Below, piece after piece: positions 25,443 to 37,200 of a DNA stretch of 64,000 nt. Under the pieces are notes generated by a model, which was not told the origin of the DNA, did no database searches, and was given only the letters and a program-made list of their open reading frames with translations. The DNA is from Lama guanicoe. Lineage: Eukaryota. A program made the position numbers and the translations under genes. Numbering within the stretch: the first letter of the stretch is position 1; each line of letters starts with the position of its first letter. The stretch lies in NCBI GenBank assembly GCA_013239625.1, contig MU053758.1:1674001-1738000 (forward strand). The letters are read 5' to 3'.

Positions 25443-26731
25443 ATAAGGATGTTTGAAAAAACTGACAAGAAGATACAATCGCTGATTTCATAAATATTGT
25501 TCCTTGGGATGGGAGTGAGGTAAGGTTTCCTTTTAAGTAAATCTATTAAGTTCAAAGTGAGTTAATGAAGAACATATTGAGTTAATACAGCACAAAGGTT
25601 CCCTGATAGGGAGGAAGTTCCTGGAGCTGGCCCCTAACTGAGGCTGGGAACCCCGGGGCCATCTCGGTGGGGACCCAGTCCTAGCCCTTGAGGAGCTGGT
25701 GGCAATCTAGGGTGGCCAGTGAACATGGCCGGAAGGGAGTGACTTGATAACCACCCAGAAGAAGGAGGGCCAGGATAGGGATGCTCTGGCCGCTGAACCA
25801 GAGTCTGGAAGCTGCCTCCCATGACCCTTAAACTCCCTCATCTACTCACCCTGTCCACCAGCTGGAGACATGCAAACTCATGGGGCACAACTGAGCAGGA
25901 GGAGCTTCTCTGTGGCCAAGTGCCCTGGACACTCCATAGTCGTCCCTTTGCCCAGGGTGGGGAGGACTCTGCCCATGGTCTCACCGCTGGAAGCCCGGCT
26001 CTAGAGCCCAGCCGGAGCCTTACCTGGGCCAGAGGGCCCACCCCCTGTGCCAGACAGCCAGGCTCCTCATGCCTCCTCAGGCTCTGGACACACACAGGTG
26101 CACAGGGAAAGGTCTCCAGTTCTCAGCTGCCCTCCTACCCTTCTGCCCTCCTGGACCCAGAAGAGAGGCTCATGGGTTACGTAGGAACCTCACCTCTTTC
26201 CCTGAGCCCACTGACACCCTCCACGCCAGCCCTTCCTTCCCTGGTTCCTCAGGTCGGGGGTGGGGGGTCTCAGTGCATCTGGGGTGAGGCAGATAGTATG
26301 CCAGCAACCTTCAAGAAGCAGAGACTGTGGGGACGTCGGGGGTCACCGAGTCCCTCCCGGGTCGATTAAAGGGGCCCAGGTGGGGCTGGCAGGGAGGGGT
26401 CCAGGCTACTAGAGTGGGGAGGAGGAGGCTCCAGACAGTGGATGTGCGTCCCCAGCCCCATAAATCTCACACAGTACGGGGGAGGGAGGCGGTGAGGAGG
26501 GGGCTGCTGAGCAGGTCTGAACAGAGAGTGGAGCAAGGACCATCTCCTCCCCGGCTCCTCCAAGGCAGGGCTCACCCCTCAGGTGCCCAGGCACTGGCGG
26601 GGGGTGGGGTCAGGGGGTGGGCAGGAGCTGGATTCTGGAGGGTGGCAGAGAGAGAGGAGGGGGTAGGAGAAACAATCTGCTGTCTCTGAGGGGAGGTGGA
26701 AAAGAGGGGTTTTGATTTTGAAAAGCTTTAG

Positions 26732-27316
26732 GTACAAAAGCCAAGACATGGAAGCAGCCTAAATGTCCATCAACAGATGACCGGATAAAGAAGATGTGGT
26801 ATATTTATACAATGGAATACTATTCAGCCATAAAAACCGACAACATAATGCCATTTGCAGCAACATAGATGTTCCTGGAAAATGTCATTCTAAGTCAAGT
26901 AAGCCAGAAAGAGAAAGAAAAATACTATATGAGATCGCTCATATGTGAAATCTTGAAGGAAAAAAACATAAATAAAAGGCAGAAACAGACTCATGGACAT
27001 AGAATACAGGCTTGTGGTTGCCAGGGAGGCGGGGCGTGGGAAGGGACAGAATGGGATTTCAAAATTTGTAGGTACTGACAGGCATATGTAGACTAGATAA
27101 ACAAGATTATACTGTATAGCACAGGGAAATATATATAGGATCTTGTGGTAGCTCACAGCGAAGGGGAAAGTGACAATGAATATATATATGTTCATGTATG
27201 GCTGAAAAATTGTGCTCTACACTGGAATTTGACACAGCATTGTAAAATGACTATAACTCAATTAAAAAATGTTAAATAAATAAATAATAAAGGAAAAAAA
27301 TTTTAAAAAAGAAAAA
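26732..27316 (+). mobile_element. Young 5'-truncated L1 (ORF2 end, 3'UTR and poly-A), antisense to SRCIN1
   Basis: L1 3' sequence (cctaaatgtccatcaacagatga...atggaatactattcagcc), an A-rich tail, and a perfect 12-bp TSD gaaaagctttag at 26720-26731 and 27317-27328. Confidence 0.93.
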
Positions 27317-30300
27317 GAAAAGCTTTAGAATCTGTTTAAGAACCTTTGAGACCCTTGGCTTTATTTACCAAAGAAACTACACTCAGGGAAAGAGGTGAGG
27401 TTCCTGCGTAACCAGGAGTCCTAGCTCCCTGCTCTGAGATTTCTTCCCTCTCTGCAGGGCCCCAGTAGATTGGGGCGACTGGCCTGGGATTCTGGATTGG
27501 GGGACCATCCTGTTACCCTTGGGGGAAAAAGGCCACTGGGGGCTCGGAGTGCTCAGGAATGAATTTACCTCTGAGGCAGCCCAGGCACTTGACATCAGAA
27601 TATTGGGAGAAAAAGCACCCAGGCCAGAGACACTCTGAGTTTAGAGTCAGCTCCTTCCCCGAGGGGCCCTGGGTTAGCCATTCCTTTAGTTATCCATTCA
27701 GTCAACAAGCCTCTTCCCTCACAGAGCCTGAGGGCACTAATCTGTAAAATGGGGTCATGGAACCTCTAAACCCTACTCCTGGGCACTGGGTGAGAAGCCG
27801 GCAAGACAAGAAGAAAGCACATTGTTCTGAATTAAAGAGATTCCTGGCACAGGGGCTGTTGGGACAGCAATCTTCCCATTACCCCTGTGCCTGCTCCAGC
27901 CACCGTCAAGTCCTCTAGCGGCCCTGACCCTCCCTAGACTGAGAGCCTCCCTAGACTTGGGCTAGTGAGCAGTGGGCTCTGGGCACCAGTGGCCCTGAGC
28001 AGATCAGTGCTTGCTGTTCACCAGCAGGGGGCTAGGGAGGGATCTATCTGGGCAGGGGTCTTGCGGGTAGGGAGGGAACAGAGAGACAGGCAGATGGGAC
28101 AGGGAAGGCTTGGGGGTTAAGCAGGACTACGTTCTACTGGGGCAGGGACATGGAATTGGAGGACTCTAGATGGAGAGGCAGATTCAGGGAGCTCTGAAAG
28201 CAGGGGGAAAGGGGGGGAGGTACTGGAGGGGGCCCTAGAATTGGGGTACACTGCTGGAAGGGGCGTTAGGACTGAAGGCCCCTGAGAGGTGGGGGTTGGG
28301 GGAGCCTGAGAGATAAGTTGGGGCTGGAAGGCTTGAGGTTCTCCAAGAATCCTCAATCCGCAAGGCTAACGGTAATTTTTGAGTCAGAGATTCAGGACGC
28401 CCAGGACTGGTGAAATGAGGGGAAAGGGGAAGTGGGGAATGGGGGACTCCAGTCACCCTCAGCTCAGCCTTCCCAGCCTGCGCAATGGGGAAGTGAACTG
28501 GCCAGAGGCTGGGATGATCGGGGGCAGTGGGCGCCCCCCAGTGGCTGGCTGCGGATGAAGGCGCAGGTGCTTGGGAGGAGAGCCACACTGTTATTTGTTC
28601 CACCAATTCCAAATTCCACGTTTATTTATGAGCCCGATTTATTTTTATCCTCCACTGCATTCTTTCACACTAGATCACTGTAACTCATGATGAGAATTAA
28701 GAGCTCAAGGTTTTAGTGACACTGTCTCATAAGCCATCGAGCTCCCCCCGACCTGGCGTCTTTACCCCAGGTGTCACCATCTACTCTGTCCTCTGGCTGC
28801 CACTGGGTGACATCCACACATGACATCATCTTCAGAGGAAGAGAGTGTGAGAAAAGGAGGGGGGGGAGAGGGAAGAAGAGAGGGGAAGGGGAGGAAGTAG
28901 AGAGAAGAACAAAGCTACGAGCTACAGAAAAGAGATGGCTCTCACTGGGGCTCGCATGGTGAGGACCTGGAGTTCAGGTCCCTGTCTCCCTCTCCCCAGA
29001 GATTGGGAGGCTGGACAAGGCCCCTCCCCTGGGGACCTGAGAAACTTCACAGTTGTGTTCCCATCTACTGCCTGAGCAGAGGTGGTGGCTGGGCACCAGC
29101 TCAGGGAACCCACAGGGTTCCTAGATCCCAGTGAGGCCCTCAAGCAGGGCAAGGGGAGGGGTGTCTAGCGATTGCTGGAAAGGTGGAGGGTCTGGCTCAG
29201 ACCCCAAAGTGCCTCGCCCACACACACACGCACATGCACACACAGTGGAACACAAGCAGCTCAAGGATCTGCCAGCCCCATCATCTGCAGCCAAAGCAAG
29301 AGGAGCCCAAGTCACCCAGGAGGAGCCCCGAGGCGACTGCCACCATCAATTGTGCCTGACAACTCCATCCTGCTGAGCAGCTGCTGCCATCAGGAAGCAC
29401 ACTCTGCTGGGAGGTCAGAGGCCAGAGGACAAAGGTCAAGCTTGGCAGAAGCTCTAGGAACCCGGATGAGGGTGAAGGGATCATCCCTTCACCCCCATCC
29501 CCACACCCTGTGAAGGAACCACTTCTCTGTCTTTGGGCGCCCCTGGCTCTGGACTCCCAGTGTGCCCGTGGCCCTGAGTCTGCTGTCTGTCTCTGGGTCC
29601 TTGGAGCAGAGGCCCATCTGGGTCTGTTTTCTAAAACCATCTTTTCCGCCCCATACCACAGCAACCAAAGTCATTTTCCGGGCAATTGCCTTTCTGTAAA
29701 CATTCCTGTGTAATATCCCCCCAAATTGCTAATGCCCAGCACCCTGTCAAGTCTCCCTGTCACTCCAACCAGAGCCTCAGAGGTGGGGGCGGGTGGTGGG
29801 AGGAAGGGCGATCGAAGTGGGGAGGTAGCTGCCCTGAGGATTAAAGACAGGGCTTCTGTCCAGCTCCTCGCATGGAACCCCCACCCCTGCGCCCTCAGGT
29901 TTCCCCACGTCCACCAACTCAGCGCCACTCCCTTGAAGGTCAGGCTTCCTCGGGAGAGCCTGTCTGGACTGAGAGGGATGGCAGAGAAGAAGGAGGAGGG
30001 GAACCCACGGAAGGGAGGCCGGGGGGGGGGGAAGGGAGCCTACTTGAAAGCATGCAGCAACTGTTAGACAATAAAGTTGACTTCCTGGTGCCTGGGAGCA
30101 CAGGGGCAAGGCTGGGCAAACTGTCATCGTTGGGTCCCCAGGGAAGGCAGCTCGCCTGTCCCCTGAGATGTGAGAGGGAGGACCCAGAAGTGGGGAGAGG
30201 CCAGGTGGAGCCCATCGCGAGTCAGACGGACCCCTATCCAGGCAGTGCACTGGTGCGGGGAAGGTGGGCAAGGCAAGAGGGTATTAGAGGCTGGATGGTC

Positions 30301-30937
30301 CTTGGCTGGTGACACTGATGCTCGCAACCCAACCCCTGGCACGGATCTACAGAGCCACTGTGAAGAAGGGCCTGGGTCGATTCTTCTCCCAGGACAGCAG
30401 GGAAACCAAGGCCCAGGGAGGATAAGGAATTAACAGATCACCATGTGGACTCCCTTCCTGGGCTGGGGGGGAGGGGGAGTGGGACTGTGGCCTGGGACCC
30501 CCTGGACTCTTCTACTCCCATGCCCAGGGTCCCTGCTACCCTCTAGCCCCCGGAGAAGCTGGGCTTGTAGACTCAGGTGAGGAGGACAGAGTCCAGGAGG
30601 GAGCCAGGAGGCAGGGGAGGGTGCAGGGCACTGCCAGTCACAGCCTCATGCCAGCAGGAAAACACAAACCTATTTGCGCAGATTTAAAACCCACCCAAGG
30701 CCACTTAGTTGGTAAACGAGTTGGAATGTAATTAAAGGACCTCAGCAGGGCTGGAGAGGGAGAGCTCGCCTGCCTGGGTCTCAGCTGCTCCCAGCAGAGC
30801 TTCTCGGGCTTTCCCCAGGGAGACGGAATCTGAGGGGGGGTGTTGGGCTCCCTGGGATAAGGTGGGCACGGTCCCTGCCAGCTCAGCCTTCTCACTGGTC
30901 TGCAGGCTGCCTCTGAGCTGCTGAGTCTGTCCACTTG

Positions 30938-31254
30938 CTCAGACTGGGAGCACCCCCAGGGCAGGGCCTCTTCCCTCAAACTAGGCACATCCCAGGGCAG
31001 GGCCGACGTCCCCTCTCTCAGATTGGGTATACTTCCAGGGCGGAGCCTTTGTCCCCCACTTAGACTGGGGACACCCCACAGCAGGGCTCCTGTTTCCCCC
31101 ATCAGACTAGGGGTTCACCTAACACAGAGCCTTGTCTCCCCTGTGCCTCCTCCCTGAGGGTTGGGCCTCTGTTTACCTCATTAGATCGGAAGCTCCCTCA
31201 GGGCAAGGCCCTTGTCTCCTCCCTCAGACGGGGTCCTCCTTGATGGCAGGGATA
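30938..31254. repeat. Degenerate tandem array of about 42-bp units (about 7 copies)
   Basis: A recurring ctcagactggg...cagggcagggcc...tgtctcc unit at about 30938, 30975, 31017, 31059, 31101, 31180 and 31223. Confidence 0.75.
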
Positions 31255-34200
31255 CCACTGCCCCCAGACCTGGTGGTCTTGCAGGACTGAATTAGGTGGG
31301 GTGAAGAGATCCACTAGCCACCTTGGGAGTGGGGTGGGGAGCAGGGGACAGTGAAAGATGCCAGGCTTGGCCTCACTGCCACCTCTGCCGGCTGCCCTGG
31401 TCTGCGTGGCCACGGAGACCTTGCGACCTTCTACCTGCTGCCCTCTCTCCCCAACTCCCCACGTCCACAGGCCATGCAGCCCAGCTGCCCTCTGACCCTG
31501 GCGAGGTGAGCCCCCGCTCCCAGCTCTTGTCTCCCGGGAAGACAGAAGTGATGTCTCCAGACCATTCTGCTCGCCCCTGCCTACATCCGCTTTCCCTCCA
31601 GCCTAATGCCTTTCCCAGGAAAGAAATCAAGGCTCAGAGAGCAAACCTGACCCAGTCCCACAGGAGCTGGAAACAGCCAGAAATGGAACCTAGGCATCTT
31701 GGCCCCCTGGGGACAAGGACTCTTCCACCCTTCAATGCCACTTCCTGGAAAGACAATGCCAGGGGAGCCCTTCTCCAGGCCCCAGGCCCCAGGAGGCCGT
31801 AGACTAACAACCTCCTTAGGAGGAATCAGCAGCAAGGTGGAACGTGCCATGCAGAACCCCAAAGAGAGAAGAGCCGTGGGTCATACCCCAGCTGCACCCC
31901 CAGGTGCCCACCTCAGCCCAGTGGGATGCTCACCAACAGGAATCAGGCTCCCCACGTGGCGTCTGGACCATACGCCTCAGCTAAGAGCCCCACTCCTTGC
32001 AAAAGGGCCAACAAGTCAGTCCCTTGTCCAGAATTTCGGAGATACAATCCTTCCTCTTCTCCCTGCACCCCTCCCCCGCAGAAAGCAAAGCTATGGCATT
32101 ACCAAAAGTCGCTCACTTTGGGGGCAAGTAAGTGCTGTTCAAACCCAGCTGCGCCACTAACTAGCTGTGAGACCTTGAGCAGGTCAGCGGCCTCTCTGAG
32201 CTTCAGTCCTTTCATTTGTTTAGGAAAAAAAAGCTATTAACACTCAGACAGGCGTGCAGGTTGTGCACTGCATGAAGGCACTGGCCCAGGGAGCAAGTGG
32301 GGGGGGACAGTTCCTTCCTGATCTGCCCCATTGCCTGATTTCCTTTCACTCCATTGTCAGAGTTTTATGAAACCCAGGATGGTAGGGTTTGGATTTTTAG
32401 CTACTAATGAAGATCTGGCTAATTGGCTTCCCCAGGAAGGGTGGGGGCGGAGATGCGGGGGGGAGCATGTCACCCCTAGTCTGAAGCCGTCGCTGGAAAA
32501 GCTGGGAACAGCCCTGGCGTGTGCCCACACGGCACCGCGCTAACAAGCTAGCTCCTGCATGGCATCTCCACCATCACGCGCCCAGGGAAGGTGTCCTGTC
32601 AGCTCCACATCTCCTTGGAGAGGCAGTGGAGAGAACACAGGCCGGGAGGCTGGGAAGGGAGGGAGGCAGATGCCTGTCCTCCAAGCTCTGCCACTGCTCT
32701 GGGGAGCTACCAGAGCTCCTTCTCTCTCGGGGGGCACTCCAGCCTCAGGGTGCTATGGCCAGGTTGGCGGGTGTGGGCAAAAGGGCCTTTACCACACCCC
32801 TAAAGCTACCTCAGGTTGAAAGCATCCCAGAAGGAGGCATCCTGTTCCCAGGGGGAGGGACCCCAATCTGTTGGAAGTGAGGGGTAGAAACCCCACCCAT
32901 CACCCATCTCCCCACAGGGAAGTGTTGTGAACCCCCAGGATTCAGCAAGGGCCTCACCAACATTGGACAGGAGCCTCAGCGCTGCTGGACCCCTCCACAT
33001 CCTCCTCCAAGACACCGCCAACCCTTCATGGGGTCAGGTTCTCTTAAGGAGGCCTTTCCCAGCCCACAACCCCGACACCCAGACAGCTCCCTTGGCCACC
33101 AGAACGATCAGGGTCCTGGTGCCTCCAGACTCCAAGCCCAGGCACACATTTCTGCTGATCACACCTCTATGGTCATGCCTGTGCAGCATAGCACATGCCC
33201 ACATGCCCAGCACAGGCTCACAGACGTGTGCCACTCACAACCGGCCTCCCCTGCACCCACTACAGGCACCTACATACAGTGGGACACACCTGTGCCCCGC
33301 CGGGACTGGTTTGCCGTAGAGACGCCACCCTCACTCACCACTCTACCATCTTAGATGCCACGTGGACAGACAGGGCACTGTGCCCATGCGCACACATCAT
33401 GAACATTTAGGACCCCACAACAGATTGCATGCATTTAGGGGCTCCCTCAAATGCCAGCTCGATGCATCTCCAGCTTGGGGGTGAAAGACAGTAGGGACCC
33501 CATTTGCCCAACTTGAGTCTAGCTACTGCCTTCTCAGAGAGGCAACTTCTTCAGCCCCTGTCCTACTTTGCCAAGTTCAGTCTCCTTCTTGAAGTGTTGA
33601 CCTTCTGCCTTGAAATAAAGGCAACTCCACTCTGACCAATGTTCATCCAATCAGGCAATGCTAAGGACTGAGACACTCCTCCTGGACCTGGTACCCCAGC
33701 TCTTGTCTCCCTCTACAGGTGCTCAGCCTCCTGCACCAGGGCGAGGGGCCAGTGGGCCTTGGACCCACTTCCACCTGTTGCTGGAGACTGACAGACACAG
33801 CTGCTGGGCTCCAAGGTTCAGCCCTCACCTCCCAGGTTCATTACTCTACTGCCCTGCAAGCCAACCTAGAACAAACAGCTGAATTGGCATCCCATTATGT
33901 TCTCTCCCTAGGGATGCTGAGATGAGTACCAGGAGAGACTCTGGAGGAGGGAAGAGGGGGTGGAGTCCCGAGAAGGCAGGAGGAGACTCAGCGAGTTTCC
34001 TGCCTGACCTCTGGGTCCAGACTGACCTGAGAAGGCTGATCAGACCCCAGGGGCATCTTTTGGAAGTTCTCCCTGTGGTCTAACCTGAACTGTCCTACCA
34101 GAGCAGGATCCGGGAAGGTGGAGCACAGGCTGGAAGGCAGGAGAGAAATAAAGTCTCCCCTTTCATCTGCAAAAGACTCAGAGATTCCAAACTTCTGGCC

Positions 34201-37200
34201 TTAGTTAAATCCACCCATCCATCTGGAGTGATGAGGTTTAAATTCAGCACCAGGCTTGCTGGGTGCCGTGGAAAGTATGGACCAGCCACGAATGACAGCA
34301 CTCCTGCTAATGCCCCGACTCAGGACAGTCTACAGGCAGCTCTGACAGCCACTGTTCATTCAGTTTTTAGAGTCATTTTGTGAGGTTGCTCTCTCCCATT
34401 TCACAGGCGAGAAAGCAGAGGTTCAGGAAGGGGTGACTTGTCCAAGGTCACAGTTGGTAAGTGGAGAAGCCTGGTCTCAACTGCGGGTGTTCTCAGCCCA
34501 GATCCCCCTCTTCTCCTCTACATCCTGTTGTCCCTGAGGAAGACGCTGATTCTGCCACCAAGGCATCCCTGAGTCCTCATCTAAGCCACTGGGCCAGAAC
34601 CCCTCGCGTCCCCTCATTCTGTTCCACTCCCTGAGAAGGGAACACTCAAACGGTCCCCCTCCCTGGTGAAGCACAGAGATCCTCAACCCCATCATCTTTG
34701 GGGAGAACTGACACCACAAGAGTAGGGATTCTTCCCCAGGGCAGGGCTGAGAGAGGTGGAGGAGGGGTAGGGAGCAGAGCTGCCCCAGGGCCACAGAAGC
34801 CCAGGCTAGGAAGGGGGTCCCACCTTTCCACTGCCCTCCTCTCACACCTTAGCTTGGCACAGAGCCCTCCCAGCCCCTGCCACAGGCTGTGCCGAGACAG
34901 AACTGCAAGTCCTCCCTATTACAGGAATGCCATCCAGCCAGGACTTGGATACCTCCAGAAATAGAGAGCTTGTTACATCTAAAACACCAGTCATCTTGTG
35001 GGGTTCTTCCTTAAAATGAGCCAGAGTCCATGCCCATGGCCCTCAGAGCGGCCTGGGGGGCAGGTCATGACCTCTCCCTTCAGGCCAGGATGGAGACTCC
35101 TGAATCTGAATCTTCTCTCTTGAGCCCAGTGCCTCAAGTCCTTCTTTCCGTGGCCTGGCTTCAGCCCCGGGCCATCTTGCACTGCCCTCTGTTGGCTCAG
35201 CCCCATGTCATCACCACCCGTTTTAGCTGGTGGCCCTCAAAACTCTCCAGGGAGGGCTGGATGAGGGCTGAGCAGCCCAGGTGACCTCTCTCTGCTTCTG
35301 CTCCCGACAGCCCTCCTCCCGCCCCCAGTATGTATGCCGGGGGAAACAAAAGCCCAGGGCGCACCCAGCCTTGCTCTGGGACCAGAACGTTATCTTTCTT
35401 GCCTCTTGCTCCTAATTCTCAGGCCTCCTCTGACCTTGGGTCTTGGGGGCCAACTTGACGACTCCTGCCTGGGATAAATGACTCTCCTGGCCAGGTCAGC
35501 TCAACCCGCTTGTTCCTTCTAGGCATTTCCATCTGCCCTCTGCTACCTGGCCTTGCTAGTATGATTCGAGGAGTCTGCTCTGCCTCTTAGGGGCTAGCAA
35601 CTAGGCCCCTCACAGCCGGCAAGGCATATCATAGCTCTGGGCACCAAAGTGTAGGTCCAGGAGCCTGGGGGTGCCGGGGGCATCTGCTCTGCCTGTAAGT
35701 CTCTGGTTAATGGCCTGAGGCTCTTGGTGCCCTGTCCGGCAGCCAGCCATCTCAGGGGTATGACCAGCCACTTAGGACTGGAAGACCACAGCCCACACAC
35801 TAACATCTGATGCATATTAACCACACAGTGCTTCCTCCTTGTTAACCTACTTCCTCCTCCCCAGACTCTGCCCACTGCCAGAGGGCCCCAGGATTGAGAG
35901 GAGAGGCTCATTCACCCCCAGCTGCTTCCCAGCACCCTGCCCCATATCTGCATCCCATGCTCGCTCAGTGGCTAATTCTGGCATCTCATCAGACAGTAAT
36001 TATGGGGGAATCAGCAGTGCTGTCATCTCTGCAGCTCGGCACCTGTCACCATGCCACCCTCCCCAGGCTGCTGGGATGGGACCGGAAGCTGAGGGAGGAG
36101 GGGTGTGCTGGGGTGAGGGGCTTCTGCTCTCTCCCCACCTCTGCCGCACTCACCTCCTTCACCCTTACCTCTGTATAGGTGTGCAATGCATGGCAACCAA
36201 GTGGCCACTAGCCACACAAGTGCTCCCTGTTACCCAGGCCAGGTCCCAAATGCATGTGTCCTGTGTCACATGTATGCACGCTCATGCCCAAACAGCAGGA
36301 AGGATACACCAAGCCAAGGCTCAAATGTGACTTTCCCATAAGTGTGACCTCGAACAAGTCTTTTTTATTTCTCTGGAGGTCAGCTTCCCTAATGGCAAAA
36401 TGAGGAAAATAGTGCTTCCCTTGGGAAGGGGGAAGAAATAAATACATACAGTATCTAGCACAGCACCAGACGCATGTGTGATCATGTATTCATTCAACAA
36501 ACAATTAGTACGCACTTATTGTGCACTGGGCAATACAGGGGATGCAAAGATAAACGAATCACAGTTTAGCAAAGATCACACTGGGGCCACATTGGGGTGT
36601 GGGCATTTTGTTTGGCTGGTGGTGTTTTGTTTCATTTCTTTGAATTTCAGTGCCTTTAGGGAACAGAGTCACACATACCACAGACCTCACCGTTCCCTAC
36701 TGTCCTCATCCACTGCTTCACTCATTTCTGGCCCCTGAAAGCACTGAGTTTGCTGCTCCAAGAGCAAAAGTGAACTAGTTGGCTCAGTCATGTCTAGAAC
36801 CAATGCCAGGAGAGATTTGACAGCACAATGGGAGTCCAGAGGGGCGAGCCTAGAGGTGTTCAAGGAGGGGCACTTCCGGGAGGAGCAGAAGTAGGAGGTG
36901 ACAAAGGGAGGGTGTTCCTGGAAGGAGCGATGCAGAAGCAAAGGCTCACAGAGGGAAAGGGCAGGCCTACTGGGAGCTGATGACATCGGCATCATCTGAT
37001 GAGACAGAGACATCTTGGGGGTCCTTCCTAGTGTTGGATCTCCAGGTCCTGGGCTGCAGCACCTCCCACTCCTCCAGAACATTCCCCAGGCGGGTCTTGT
37101 TGGTGGACCTATGATATAAGACCATGTTCCCTTGCCTCACAGGCAGCATCTGCTGTCACAACCAAGTCATTTAGTCACTTCCCTGGCCCCAGAAGTCTTT

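Noticed and set aside
30938..31254. Repeat array superficially like CRISPR
   Set aside because: The units are degenerate with no identical repeats or unique spacers, there are no cas genes, and the context is mammalian.
34243..34275. REST/RE1 site (TTCAGCACC)
   Set aside because: Only the left half-site is present; there is no GGACAG right half at a proper spacing.
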